Assembly: GCF_006345805.1 (NCBI RefSeq)
Contig: NC_043000.1
Location: 24,118,001-24,182,000 of the forward strand
Source of the DNA: Octopus sinensis
Lineage: Eukaryota
DNA length: 64,000 nucleotides
Direction: 5' to 3'
The position numbers were made by a program, and so were the translations under genes. The notes beneath the pieces are model-generated. The model worked only from the letters and a program-made list of their open reading frames with translations, did no database searches and was not told the origin of the DNA. Positions 40,686-53,964 of the stretch are shown piece after piece; the first letter of the stretch is position 1, and the number at the start of each line of letters is the position of its first letter.

Positions 40686-41773
40686 ATCGTTGTGACAGTA
40701 CCATTGTAATTTGCTGTAAGAGCAAAGGAGATGCACCAGAGAAAGCATTTACAATGGTTTCAAACTAATTGGATAAATAATGAAAGTGGTAGTCTGAGTT
40801 ACAGAGAATTTGGATGAGGATAGTGTTACTCGGGATAAAATGTATTTTGAGTTTATTATAGTTTCGCATAGCCCCAGCCCATCCAAAGTACCTTGGATTG
40901 CAGAACGACCTGCTGTGCTTACCTTGGATTGTTGGGTGACCTGCTGTGCTTGAGGAGACCTATTGAGTCAAATACATCAACATCAACATCAAAATAAATA
41001 TCAAATGGAAATTGTAGTTGTGATACCTGTGCCGGTGGCATGTAAAAAGCACCATCCAAACGTGGCTGATGCCAGCGCAGCCTGGACTGGCTTCTGTACT
41101 GGTGGGACATGACCTGCTGTGCTTGAGGAGACCTATTGAGGCAAGTACATCAACATCAATATCAAAACAAATATCAAATGGAAATTGTAGTTGTGATACC
41201 TGTGCTGGTGGCACATAAAAAGCACCATCCAAATGTGGCCAATGCCAGGGTCGCCTTGACTGGCTTCTGTGCTGTTGGCACGTAAAAAGCACCAACCGAT
41301 CGTGGCCGCTGACAGCCTCGCCTGGCACCTGTGCTGGTGGCACGTAAAAAGCACCCACTACACTCACGGAGTGGTTGGCATTAAGAAGGGCATCCAGCTG
41401 TAGAAACACTGCCAGATCAGACTGGAGCCTGGTGCAGCCTCCTGGCTTCTCAGACCCCGGTCGAACTGTCCAACCCGTGCTAGCATGGAAAACGGACGTT
41501 AAACGATGATGATGATGATGATGATGGATCCTATGTTGGTTTCAAAAATAAGCATTCAATTAGCCAAACAACAGATTTGTTAAATTAATGATTTAAGACA
41601 CGTGCATTGTTAATATCATTCACAAGGTGAACCACTGTGATGCTAATGTAATGAAGATGGACTTGCAAGTTACATGTATAGTCAGTCTGTTAGGCTACCA
41701 TGTAGTTTCTGTCCATCCAACAGACACTAGCTCAGGGTATTACATAGTGGAACTGAACCTGAGACCTAATGAT

Positions 41774-41814
<41 letters not shown>

Positions 41815-42759
41815 AATTATTGTATACAGTGCTCAGGTGCACCACAACTTGTGAAAAGTGCGTATAAAGCACATGGAGTAATGTAAAAATGTCTGGGAAG
41901 TGAACAGTGTATGAGTCAGATACATGCTTGCGTTGTGTATGGAGGGGAGAAAGTCAGGTGTAGTGTTGGCGAATCTCAGGAAGCATGGAAGTTTTGAAGG
42001 ATGCAGTGCTCCGACAACTAACAACTGATGCCGGCAGTTTGTTCTATGCTTCAGCAACTCTTAGCATGAAAAAATGTTTCAGTAGGTCATGGGAGCTGTG
42101 CTGTTTTCCGACTTTGTAAACATGTCCACGAGTATTAGACAGGTGAAGTTTGAAAAGGTGCTCAGAGTTATTGTTAGTAAGATGGTTAATAATTTTATGG
42201 ATGTCTGCCAAGTCAGCTGCCAGACGTCGGAGTTTCAATGTGTCCATGCCCAGAGAAGTAAGGCATTCAGAATATGGCAAATGCCATATTATGAAGTAAA
42301 CTTCTTTATTACTCAGCCATAAGTTTATATCAAGATGCTGAGGCACTGTACCGTATTTCTAACCAGCCAATTTCTTGAGAAATTCTTAGTTAAGAATAAA
42401 CAAGTATACTTCGTATTTGTTAATGTAAAGAAGGTACTCAATGGTTGTGTGATCTCTAGTCTGGTATGTTGGTTTTTCAGTAAGAGAAAGGTTTTATTTC
42501 TAATTGTGCTGGGTACCCCAACATCCATTCCTAGGTGCATTGTTATATTTATTTCATTCAAGCACTACAGAATGTCATGGGCTCAAATTCTTTGTACAAG
42601 AATTACTTGCGTTTGTTAGATATTCATGACTTGTGCCAAAACTTTGTTTATTTGATGGAATTGTGCTTTAGACAATGTTAATCAAAATCAAAACTGAAAT
42701 ATTAATTTTAACCAGAAGGTCTTAAGAACCATTTTCATCTTTATTTCTTTTGTTTCTAG

Positions 42760-43485
42760 GCTGCAATAATGCTTTTGAAGAGATTGAAATGGGTTTCCCC
42801 TGGAATTATTTACTCTGATAATGAATATGGAATTGAAATGGCTAACATATTAGAGGCAAAAGCAAAAAGTGATGGTATCTGCATTTCAATGAAAAGAGTA
42901 TTTTCTAAGAATGCAATTGAAGAAATAAGTTTTCTTCATGAAAGTTTTTCCTCTGGCATGATATATGTTGGTGAAATACAAAATATTGATTCCTTTTTTC
43001 AAATCAAAGGTATGACCTGGATAATTTTAGATATTTCTGGGAAACTACAAAATGAGTTTCCAAAACATTCTAATATGGAAGGTTTCTATGTAGTAACTTC
43101 ATCGAGCTCTACCAACAAGGAATTTAAAGATTATCTGAGGGATATAAAAGCTGTAACTGAATTTCAAAATGATACGTTATATCAATGGATACGAAATATG
43201 CTGGATATAACAAAAGTCGATTCAAAAAATATTCCTCACAACGGACAATGGCTACTTCATACAAAAGCTATCATGGAGTCTGTTTATAGCATTGCCCTTG
43301 CTAAACGAAAGGAATGCAAGATGTCGAAATGTTCGACGTACTTGAATCCTCAAAACCTGAGAAGTGTTCTTGCTGATGACCAAATTGTTCCAGATTGTTT
43401 TTCTAGAAGTGCTCTTGGCTTAAAAGAAAACTCTGTGGCAGCTACTTTGAATGTATATTTAGTAAAACAAAGCATTTTCCAAAAG
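42760..43485 (+). CDS. Exon 4 (VFT1 lobe 2 to C-terminal region)
   Basis: Acceptor tttcttttgtttctag. AAIMLLKRLKWVSPGIIYSDNEYG...GICIS matches AmvdllkxFxWxwVxxxxsdxxYG...giCia. MESVYSIALA matches ..daVYAxAhA. Donor AAG|GTTAGT. 726 nt, phase 0-0. Confidence 0.9.
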
Positions 43486-45268
43486 GTTAGTATGTTATTA
43501 TTTAACATCAAGTTAACCTTGATCAAAGGTTGTACCTATACCTTCTTTATGGGTATTCAAAACTATATTACCTAGTGTGTCCTTTTCTTTAAGATAGCTG
43601 GGTATGATTTGGGGAAGATTTGGCTGCAATTTCCAGCAGATGGAGCAAGCCTGAGAAAACTTCTTTGACTCAAAGTTAGTGTGTAAATTAAATATAGTTG
43701 TTGGTCTTGGGAATAAAATGCATTGCTGAGTGTTTTCTCTTGTAGTGAGAGAAGAATCAAAGATTTTGGTACTGCTAAAATCTATTTCTAGATAATTCTT
43801 TTATTTTTTTTTCCAGTCATTTGATTGTGGCCAGACTTAATTAAAGAATGACAGTGCTCATGATAATTTTCAGTAACTCTGAGACTTGTAAAGAAGTTAT
43901 CCTAAGACTAGAGATCAGAGTACACTTTGCTAAAAATATACCAATGAGCAAAGATTTGAAAGTTTGAAGATAATGAGGGTAGTGGGAGGTTTGAGGATAA
44001 CAGAGCAATTGAAGGTAACAAAAGATTTGAGGATAATGCCAGGAACTTGTGAGATTTAGTCACATTGAGGCTGAGGTGATTAAAGAAGTATTGAGGCCTG
44101 GTGCAGCCATCTGGTTCACCAGCCCTCAGTCAAATTGTCCAACCCATGCTAGCATGGAAAGCGGACGTTAAACGGTGATGATGATGATGATGATGATGGT
44201 GTTGAAACAAGTAGTGAGACATATGGAATGATGAAGAAGAATCTGAGAGAACTATTTTTTTTTATGTGTCCTGTGTAGAGTTAGAAGCATTATTGTGTGT
44301 TTGTGTGTCCTGGGTTTAGGATAGGCACACTGTGTCTCTGTTGCATGCGGCAACAAAAAGAGTTAGTGGTTAGAAAGTCACACAGCCATGCAACTCAGCC
44401 TCAGGAAAAAAACCCCATCCAACCAATACCAGCATGAAAAAGCAGGTAAAAAATACTGCTACTGATGATGTGAAGTTGGAAGCAAAGTAAATGGTAAATG
44501 TGATACCTTTATCAGTATGAGTATTTCTCACAGAACTATCTTGACAAAAATGAAATTTTTCAGTAAAGATTTTTGTACTGAACACACAAATTGTAAAAAT
44601 TCAACTGCAATTTGAGAAGTGAGAAAGGTGTCTGTCTGTTCTTGAGTCATTGTGATGGTAGTTAAAGGCCTCCTACTTGGCAATGATGTATAACCTCTTC
44701 TTTTCTTGTAAGTAGCATTTTGTGTCTAGATAGCTACAAGTAAATCTTTGGGGTTTTGAGGGTAAATGCTTTGATTGTGTGAGGAATGTAGTGGGGGTGT
44801 ACATAGGTGGATGATATTTGTCACCTGTTGACATGGGTTGAACATTAAGCACTTTTGCTATCAAGAGTGGTCAACACAGAATTGTCAAAGCTCCAACCAA
44901 TTAGCTGGTTTCAAGTACCAGAAAGCTTGTTATTTCCCATCTGATCTGTTCCCTCAACGATGACATGTCACTACTTTGGGAAATCCTTGGTGATTGTCTC
45001 CCAGGTATTTGGATCAATGGAGCTTTGCTGGAGAAGTGTGGCATTGAGCTGGTCTTGGAAATGGAATTTGGAGACTTTGCGTGGTCTGGTGCTGAGGTCA
45101 ACTCCATTAAGAGGAGTTGATGGGGGAGGGGCATTTGATCCAGCAGACTCTATGGATAAAAGGTATCCAATCCAGTGATGATAATTCTGTCTTTTCTCTG
45201 AAGACTATTTCATCAAATTTTTATCAAATGTGTCCTTTTCATTTTTTAATATGGTAGGATGTAATTTG

Positions 45269-45348
<80 letters not shown>

Positions 45349-45745
45349 AAGGGAGAGAATGAAAAAGCATTGAAATATCTGATGTTGAATAGATCAGCAC
45401 TGAATCAGTGATGCCAAATAAATTGTGCCAAAATAGCTTTGCCAAAATGTCACATATTCAATTTAAAACCAAGTGATATGTAAGGCCTGCCATCCTACAA
45501 AAATCTAAAGAAAGCATAGACCTCGTTGTCCTGCTTTGGTCATTTTCATTTCCATGACCAAACTTTTAGATGGGATTTGCTTTTACAGTCACAGTGGAAA
45601 CCATATCTTTCTGCAGCTGAGTCTATACATAAGATGATAAATGAGATGAAAGTCGATCAGTGCTACAAACTTTCAACTAAAACAAATATATTATAAAGAT
45701 CACTTGAAACTGTTATTAGCATTAATTTTGTTGTATATATTTCAG

Positions 45746-45972
45746 GTTGGTGAATATTTCTCAAATGATACTTTGCAATTGGAATCCTCTGCGATAAAGA
45801 TGAATGATAATCTATCATCATTTTCAACTCTCACTTTGAAATATTCCAAAGCCTGCCCTGAAAGTCAATCATTTAACGATGATAATTTTGTGTATGTATC
45901 AGGAAACATCTTAATATTAGGCATCTTCTCACTTCATGACAGTGGTCATGGTTTTGGTTGTGGTGATGTAAG
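45746..45972 (+). CDS. Exon 5 (end of VFT1, linker, start of VFT2: SGNILILGIFSLHDSGHGFGCGDV)
   Basis: Acceptor gtatatatttcag. VGEY...L matches the VFT C-terminal VGxW motif, and GNILILGIFSLH...CG matches GDixLGGLFPVH..CG. Donor AG|GTTAGT, phase 2, fits the exon 6 acceptor phase. Confidence 0.88.
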
Positions 45973-46325
45973 GTTAGTCATTTTTACTTAAGATTATTTA
46001 ATTACAATATATACTTTCCATACATTATACGAGAGGGTACCCAAAAGTAACCAGAACCGTTCTCTGTGGAACAAAGCCACAACATCCATTCATGAATTTA
46101 TTTATTTATTCTTTTTTTTATTCTTTTACTTGTTTCAGTCATTCGACTGTGGCCATGCTGGAGCACCACCTATTTATTAAAAATTTTTTAAAAATACATA
46201 TTTTACCTGTGAATTTGCGTGTGTAATCTGGGAACGCATACAATGGGCTTCTCTGCCCTAGGTGTATGGAAAACACTCGGTGAGAAGCGGATGAAAATTT
46301 GAAGAAAGAAGGGAATAATAATAAC

Positions 46326-46371
<46 letters not shown>

Positions 46372-46422
46372 GCATCAAAAAATACCTTAGGAATGAGAAC
46401 CCAGGTTCAAAATTTCCCCAAG

Positions 46423-46463
46423 ACACCTGATGAAGGCTGGAAAGTATATCAGCTGAAACGTGT
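46423..46463 (+). ncRNA. Degenerate minimal hammerhead motif lacking the cleavage triplet
   Basis: ACAC-CTGATGA-A-GGCTG-gaaagtatat-CAGCT-GAAAC-GTGT. The stem I partner GTGT follows GAAAC directly, so the GUH triplet is absent. Confidence 0.5.
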
Positions 46464-46732
46464 TAACAACAAACAAGATGAGGACAAATATCCATTAAAT
46501 GTAAATAAAGCCATAATAGTTTAAAATTTGATCTGACTCTCAGGCATCAGTTTGCATCTTGTGTAGTTGTATTGCCATGTGGTGTATCATTGCTGTGCCG
46601 TGCTTCTCCCTTTTTCATAGACTTTTGTGATGTCTGAAACAAAGGAACAGCATGCTTGTATGAAATTCTTATTTCTTTATTGCCCACAATGGGTTAAACA
46701 TAGAGGGGATAAACAAGGACAGACAAATTTTC

Positions 46733-47312
46733 GAAAAATTTTTGGGGAAAATTTTCAGTGAAAATTTTCGAAAACTTTTTTTGTGAAATTTTCGAAAAAT
46801 TTTTTGGGGAAAATTTTTAGTGAAAACTTTCGAAAAATTTGTGAAAAATTTCGATGAAAATTTTTGGGTAAAATTTTCAGTGAAAATTTTCGAAAACTTT
46901 TTTTGTGAAATTTTCGAAAAATTTTTTGGGGAAAATTTTCAGTGAAAATTTTCGGAAAATTTTTGAGTAAAATTTTCGAAAACTTTTTGTTTAAAATTTT
47001 TGGAATATTTTTGGGTAAAATTTTCGAAAACTTTTTGGTTAAAATTTTCGGTAAATTTTTGGGTAAAGTTTTCGGTGAAAATTTACGAAAACTTTTTGTG
47101 CAAAAATTTTCGGTGAACATTTTCGAAAAATTTTTGGAGAAAATTTTCAGTGAAAACTTTCGAAAAATTTTGGGAAAAATTTTCTGTGAACATTTTCGAA
47201 AAATTTTTGGCTAAAATTTTTGGTGAAAATTGTTGAAAACTTTTTGGGTGAAATTTTCGAAAAATTTATGGAAAAAATTTTTGGGTAAAATTTTCGGTGA
47301 AAATTTTTTGCA
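46733..47312. repeat. A/T-tract minisatellite built from AAAATTTT and TTTTCGAAAA units
   Basis: Directly visible degenerate tandem units such as gaaaattttcgaaaaattttttggggaaaattttcagt. Confidence 0.9.
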
Positions 47313-48120
47313 CTCCTATTATTTATGTTTTATCAGGTCACCCTCACTGTAACCTGACTGTAACCTTTTGGTGTATAAAGCTTCCTCTTTCTTAGTTTGT
47401 AGTAGTTCCAAGAACTACATCCTTTGACATCCATTTTTCTTTCTGAACATTCTCCCTACTTCTTTCATCATCATCATCGTTTACCATCCGTATTCCATGC
47501 TAGCATGTGTTGGACGGTTCAACCGGGGTCTGAGAAGCCAGGAGGCTGCACCAAGCTCCAGTCAGATCTGGCAGTGTTTCTACTGCTGGATGCCCTTCCT
47601 AACGCCAACCACTCCATGAGTGTAGTGGGTGCTTTTTACGTGCCAGGCGAGGCTGGCAACGGCCATGATCATTTGGTGCTTTTTATGTGCCATTGGCACG
47701 GAAGCCAGTCAAGGTGGTGCTGGCATCAACCACGTACTGATGGTGCTTTGGGATTCTTTCTCCTTACATTTTCCATTCACCGTCTTTCTGTGCTACCAGT
47801 TATTTTGTTCACTCTCCTTTGAACCACTTGCTGTTGTCTTACTCCTATATATCTGTGGCCACCACTATCTCAGGTACCATACTCTCACGCCCCACATACA
47901 CTCTTGCAACTTCCACCCACCAACTCTTCTCAGTCTTCTCTTTCCACTTTCTCTTCTCTTCACCATCTTGTTTCTTGATGACACATTCTGACAATTCATC
48001 ACCATGATCTCCACTCTACTTCCAACTTCTCCCCAATTACACTAACCTACTTTGTATAAACGATATAGCTGTGTATCTTGACTGCAGTAAGATGCCTATT
48101 TCTGTCCTTTCTTTCATGTT

Positions 48121-48348
48121 TTAACCCTTTCGTTACTGTATTTCTTTTGAGATGCTCTGTGTTTCTTTCAGTTATTTTAAATATAACAAAGAATTTAGTA
48201 AAATAACTTAGTTATCATTCAGCTAGTGTGAGGAACATAAATTGTGACTAACGTTTGATTGAAGATTTTAATTCAAACCTTACGAAAACAAAACATTTTA
48301 CTGCAGAGCCAGAGCCGGTTTTGGCCGGGTTAGTAACAAAAGGGTTAA
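48121..48348. mobile_element. piggyBac-type MITE
   Basis: TTAA|CCCTTTCGTTAC ... GTAACAAAAGGG|TTAA termini. Confidence 0.75.
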
Positions 48349-48734
48349 ACTCTCAGCACCTAAGATAAAGCCACCACCCATACTCCATACCATACTCCCA
48401 TTCAGTTAAGGGTAAACTTTAGTCTGGTGAGTTACATGGCAACCTCACTAGTACTGGTGCCTTGAGAACACAACCAGTACACTCTGTGTAGAGCATGGTG
48501 TTAGGAAGGTCACCAAATATAGAAACCACATATAAGCAGACACTGAAGCATGACATAGTCCTCTGGTTTCTTAGATCTTGTCAGACTCTTCACATTATGC
48601 CGGCATGGAAGATGGACATTAAATGATGATGGGGATGAAGACATAAGAGGGGTCAACTTTTGCTGAGTGACCTGCACAAATGATTTGTTTGTAGTGACCA
48701 AATGCATGTGCTGTGTATTAGCTCACTCCGTCAT

Positions 48735-50155
48735 CATTGATCATTGTTCGATTGTGGTTGAGACAATGGAATTTACTATGTTACGCCTGACTTCATGGTC
48801 CATCATAGCATTATGGAGGTCCTGTTGCTGGATGCCTGTATCCCTGGAGATTACATCAGGGTAGGAGAGTGTGCGCCCTCTGGTATCACAAGCAGATGGC
48901 TTCCAGAGGAGAAGAGTAGAAATTACCTCGTTTTCAGCTCTACAACAATGTTCAGCAAACTGGACTCTTCTACCTTTCACAAGAGATGATACAGGTGGTA
49001 GTTTCCCATATATTTGTACTTTGGTTGGATGATGCTTCCACGAGAGATTTTGAGCTCTCATAAGGAGGCGAGTGTAAGTTCCATCCAACCGCCTCTCAAG
49101 CTTCTTTGATAACATCCAGGTTTCTGAGCCATATAGTAGAATTGGTTCAACTGTGGCTTTGAAGATTTTAAGTTTGAAATCTCTACTTAGATTTGATGAC
49201 CAGCTTATCATTACAGGCTGACCAGACCATACCTTTTCTAGTTAGAAAATATTTTTCAGATGATGATATATATGCGTCAAACTGGCATTGCCTGAACAAG
49301 TACACAACATGAGATGAAGTGTTTTGCTCAAGAACACAATGCACCACCTGGTCTAGGAATTGAAACCATGATCTCTTGACCATGAGTACAACACCCTAAC
49401 CACTAAATTACATCAGGGTAGGAGAGTGTCGCCCTCTGGTATCAAGAGATGATAAAGGTGGTAGTTTCCCATATATTTGTACTTTGGTTGGATGACGCTT
49501 CCACGAGAGATTTTGAGCTCTCATAAGGAAGCGAGTGTAAGTTCCATCCAACCGCCTCTCAAGCTTCTTTGATAACATCCAGGTTTCTGAGCCATATAGT
49601 AGAATTGGTTCAACTGTGGCTTTGAAGATTTTAAGTTTGAAATCTCTCCTTAGATTTGATGACCTGCTCTTATGCTTATCATTACAGGCTGACCAGGCCA
49701 TACCCTTTCTAGTTAGAAAATATTTTTCAGATGATATATATCCGTCAAACTGGCATTGCCTGAACAAGTACACAACATGAGATGAAGTGTTTTGCTCAAG
49801 AACACAATGCACCACCTGGTCTAGGAATTGAAACCATGATCTCTTGACCATGAGTACAACACCCTAACCACTAGATTACATCAGAGTAGGAGAGTGTCGC
49901 CCTCTGGTATCAAGAGATGATAAAGGTGGTAGTTTCCCATATATTTGTACTTTGGTTGGATGACGCTTCCACGAGAGATTTTGAGCTCTCATAAGGAGGC
50001 AAGTGTAAGTTCCATCCAACCGCCTCTCAAGCTTCTTTGATAACATCCAGGTTTCTGAGCCATATAGTAGAATTGGTTCGACTGTGGCTTTGAAGATTTT
50101 AAGTTTGAAATCTCTACTTAGATTTGGTGACCAGATCTTATGCATATCATTACAG
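48735..50155 (-). mobile_element. RTE/RTEX-like LINE fragment in three tandem, rearranged copies interleaved with tRNA-type SINE heads
   Basis: KIFKATVEPILLYGSETWMLSKKLERRLDGTYTRLL is repeated at ~48740-49250, 49406-49745 and 49874-50155. A SINE head (rc of tagtggttagggtgttgtactcatgg...) lies between copies. Confidence 0.85.
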
Positions 50156-51052
50156 GTGATATTTAGATTCAAGACATAAGAATTAGCTAATCTCATTTAA
50201 GAAGCACACAATTTTTCAAAAATTGTTGACCAGTGTTATAAGTATACCCAACCAGAGTCGATATGGGGCTAAACCTACTCCTACCCACATCACCACTGCC
50301 ACAGTTTTTAGAGCCACCTAATATACCAACCTCACTTCTCTTCAGACTGTCAGTATCTTATCTGATAAATTCCACTATAAAGTATTTAACTCAATCTTTT
50401 CTTCATTCGCAGAATAACACCCTTCTAAAATTCCTTTTTCACCCATGATTTCTTTCCAAACCATAAGATCTGCAGAAGTTCAGACTAACCATCCACCACA
50501 TAAACTACACTGGTTTGAAGGGTTTAAATAGATCAAAGACACCATCCTTTTGCTTTGACTAATAATTGTATCTTTTTTACTCTTTTACTCTTTTATTTGT
50601 TTCAGTCATGTGACTGTGGCCATGCTGGAGCACCGCCTTTGGTCGAGCAAATCGACCCCAGGACTTATTCTTTGTAAGCCTAGTACTTATTCTATTGGTC
50701 TCTTTTGCCGAACCGCTAAGTTACGGGGACGTAAACTCACCAGCATCGGTTGTCAAGCGATGTTGGGAGACAAACACAGACACACAAACATACACACACA
50801 CACACCACACACACACACATATATACGACGGGCTTCTTTCAGTTTCCGTCTACCAAATCCACTCACAAGGCTTTGGTCAGCCAGAGGCTATAGTAGAAGA
50901 CACTTGCCCAAGGTGCAACGCAGTGGGACTGAACCTGGAACCATGTGGTTGGTAAACAAGCTACTTACCACACAACCACTCCTACGCCTGTCTATAAAAA
51001 TTTGTCTATAAAAATTTGTTTAAAAAAAATTCTTACTTTTTATTGTTTCCAG

Positions 51053-52271
51053 AAAACCTTTCATTGACACAATTGCCGGAGAAGCTTTCCTGTTTTATGT
51101 GAACAAGTTTAAAACAATCAGTGACAGTGTTAAACTTGGAGCTCTGTTGCTGGATGACTGCTACAACCCATTACGTGCATATTCAAATATTACAAGCATT
51201 CTGACTGGTGAGACCAAAATCAAGGATATTGGTACTTGTCAAGTCATTTCTCCATCCAATATTGTAGGTGTTGTTGGGTCTCTGTCAAGCTCTGTTACAA
51301 AAGCTATAGCTAATACATTCATGCTATACAAAAGACCAGTAATTTCCTATGCTGCTTCCTCTGAAGACCTAGATGATCGGATTTCATATCCATATTTTCT
51401 ACGAACTGTCCCAAGTGATAATCAGCAAGTAAATGCTATAATTCAAATTTTGAAATTCTTTGATTGGAGGTATGTTGGGCTAATTTATGCCACAAACAAC
51501 TACGGACTAAATGCAAAAAAACTTTTACTTTCAGCTGCTAAGGAGAACCAGATATGTATCTTCTCGTTTACAGGTATTGCTGCAAGCAAAACAAAAGCCA
51601 AACATAATGAATTTGATGAAGTATTTTCCAAGGCATTGATAATGAATATTAAAGTTATCATATACTTTGGCACCAGTTCCCGAACTGTAGATCTTCTTAA
51701 ATCTTTGAATCAGAGGAAAATGCATAATTTTTTTACTTTTATTGGGAGTGATGCATGGGGGAAGAACCAGTTGATTTTAAGTTATGGCCATGTGTTTGCT
51801 GGCTCTATTATCATAACAGTTGATGGTTCGAAACGAGCTCTTTTACGTGAGGGAATAAGTTTCAAAAAATATTTAAAAGAGAGACATGCAAGTTTGAACC
51901 ACTTAAAAAACCCATACTTTAAATATTTTTGGAACCAGTATATGTGTGATTCACCAAAAAATGCATCTACATGCACTAAGAAAACCTTTTCTGACGACGA
52001 AATTGATTTTTATGTAAATAATCAGAGAATCGTACAAACAATGAATTCAGTTTATGCAATGCATAACGGGTTAAAGAAAGTGATTAATAAAAACTGCGGT
52101 GGAAAAATGTGTGAAGAATTTTCAGCAGAAGAATTGGTTTCAACCATAAAAGAAACTGAAATATTCAACTCATTGGATGCTGTAAAAATGTTTGATTCTC
52201 ATGGAAATGGATTGATAGGTTTTCAGTTCCACAATGTCCAATATAAAGATGGGAAATATATATACAAAAAA
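51053..52271 (+). CDS. Exon 6 (most of VFT2, mGluR/CaSR-like)
   Basis: 1219-nt open exon. Acceptor ttttattgtttccag and donor AAA|GTAAGT. Motifs: LGALLLDDCY, IVGVVGSLSSSV, PVISYAASSEDLDDRISYPYFLRTVPSDNQQVNA, FDWRYVG, NYG, ICI, FIGSDAWG, NPYFKYFW, MNSVYAM. Confidence 0.95.
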
Positions 52272-53099
52272 GTAAGTAGTTTTCTTAAATATTGCTATTT
52301 TTGTAATTTTTGTTTCACATTAAAATGTAAAATAACATTTATGTTTTTAAAATATCTTTATAACATTTCCTATACAGCTATTTCATTCTGGTGCCGGCAA
52401 ATAGTTTCCAACCAAGAAGTCTAAGACAGTTTAAAATGATTTGTTGAAGAATACAAGATAATATCCAAAATAGTAGTGTTTGAAGTTACAGGATTATATT
52501 GAAGTTACTTTAAATAAATGGCCACTACACTTTTAATTGTTGATATTTCATAGTTGGCTTAGTAAAATAAGATGCATAGCCAAGTGGTTAGGTTGTTGCA
52601 CTCACAATTGCAAGACTGTGGTTTCAAATGCCAGACTGGGCAGTGTAGCGTGTTCTTGAACATGTAATACTCTGTTACTTGTTTCAGTTATTTGACTGTG
52701 ACCATGCTGGAGCACCGCCTTTAGTCGAGCTAATCGACCCCAGGACTTATTCTTTCTAAGCCTAGTACTTATCCTAGCAGTCCCTTTTGCCGAACCACTA
52801 AGTTACGGGGATGCAAACACACCAGCATCAGTTGTCAAGCAATGTTGGGTTGACAAACACAGACACACAAACATACACACACACATAATCTATATATATA
52901 CATATATATGACAGGCTTCTTTTAGTTTCTGTCTACCAAATCCACTCACAAGGCTTTGGTCGGCCTGAAGCTATAGTAGAAGATGCTTGCCCAAGGTGCC
53001 ACGCAGTGGGACTGAACCCAGAACCATGTGGTTGGTAAGCAAGCTACTTACCACACAGCCACTCCTATGCAATTTGGGCATCATATAAATTATTAAATT

Positions 53100-53722
53100 A
53101 TGGAGAACCTATTAGTTGCAGTAATACAGTTTCAAGAGAAGCAACAGGAACAGCTACAGGATTTGCAGAAGCAAATATTACAACAACAACAGTTAAATGA
53201 GTTACAGTCAAGGTAGTCTGAAACTTCAGTAAGTCCGTTTACGCCAGACAGTGTGGTGAACTCAATTTCTGAATTCACTTATAATCCAGAGGAAAGTATT
53301 ATATTTCGTGTATACTATAGAAGGTATGAGAAAGTTTTTAAGAAAGATTGCAAGTTATGGTCAGATGAGGAGAAAGTGAGGCTATTGTTATGCAAGGTAG
53401 TCCCAGCCAAGCATGAACACTACTGTAACTTTATATTGCCCAAAAAGGTGAGTGAGATTAGTTTCCAAGAAACTATTGAATTACTATCAAAGATCTTTTG
53501 TGACAAAAGTTCATTATTTAACACTTGAATGGAGTGTTGAAATTTTACAAAAACTGATAATGATGACTTTATTATATATGCCAGAATAGTCGACTGTATG
53601 TGTGAAAACTTAAAACTTCGGGAACTCACTCAGGATATGTTTAAATCCCTTTTCTTCATACAAGGACTTAGGGCAACCAGAGATAGAGAAATTCAGGCAA
53701 GGATTCTCTCAAAAATGGAGCA
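53100..53722 (+). mobile_element. Gypsy-type gag remnant (K02A2.6-like family)
   Basis: Q-rich N-terminus, then ISEFTYNPEESIIFRVYYRRYE..F..D...WSDEEKVRLLL...YCNFILPKK...F.ETIELLSKIF..KSSLFN. In-frame stops. Confidence 0.75.
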
Positions 53723-53964
53723 TTTTTACCAACCTCTTGTTGAATGCTGCAACTGGTGCCCTACTGTGCCAACAACTGCAACTCTAGCATTTCTTCAGAA
53801 TATGTTTTAAGTTCAAATGCTGCCAAGGCCAACTTTGCCTTTTATCTTTTCTTTGTCAATAAAATAAGTACTACTTGTGTACTGGGGGTTGATGTACTTT
53901 ATTAGACCCCCTCCTGCCAAATTTCAGACCTGGTACCTAGAGTAGAAAGTATTATTATTATTAT

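Noticed and set aside
40865-41360. Regularly recurring gcacgtaaaaagcacc motifs resembling a CRISPR-like repeat-spacer array
   Set aside because: These are internal tandem units of the RTE 3' UTR. The spacers are homologous to each other and the DNA is eukaryotic.
46755-47214. Overlapping K/F-rich ORFs on both strands
   Set aside because: They are by-products of a stop-poor minisatellite.
42769-52424. Calling the gene GRM/mGluR or CaSR
   Set aside because: There are two VFTs, no 9-Cys domain, no visible 7TM, and the R78 equivalent is lost, so orthology cannot be supported and no symbol is given.
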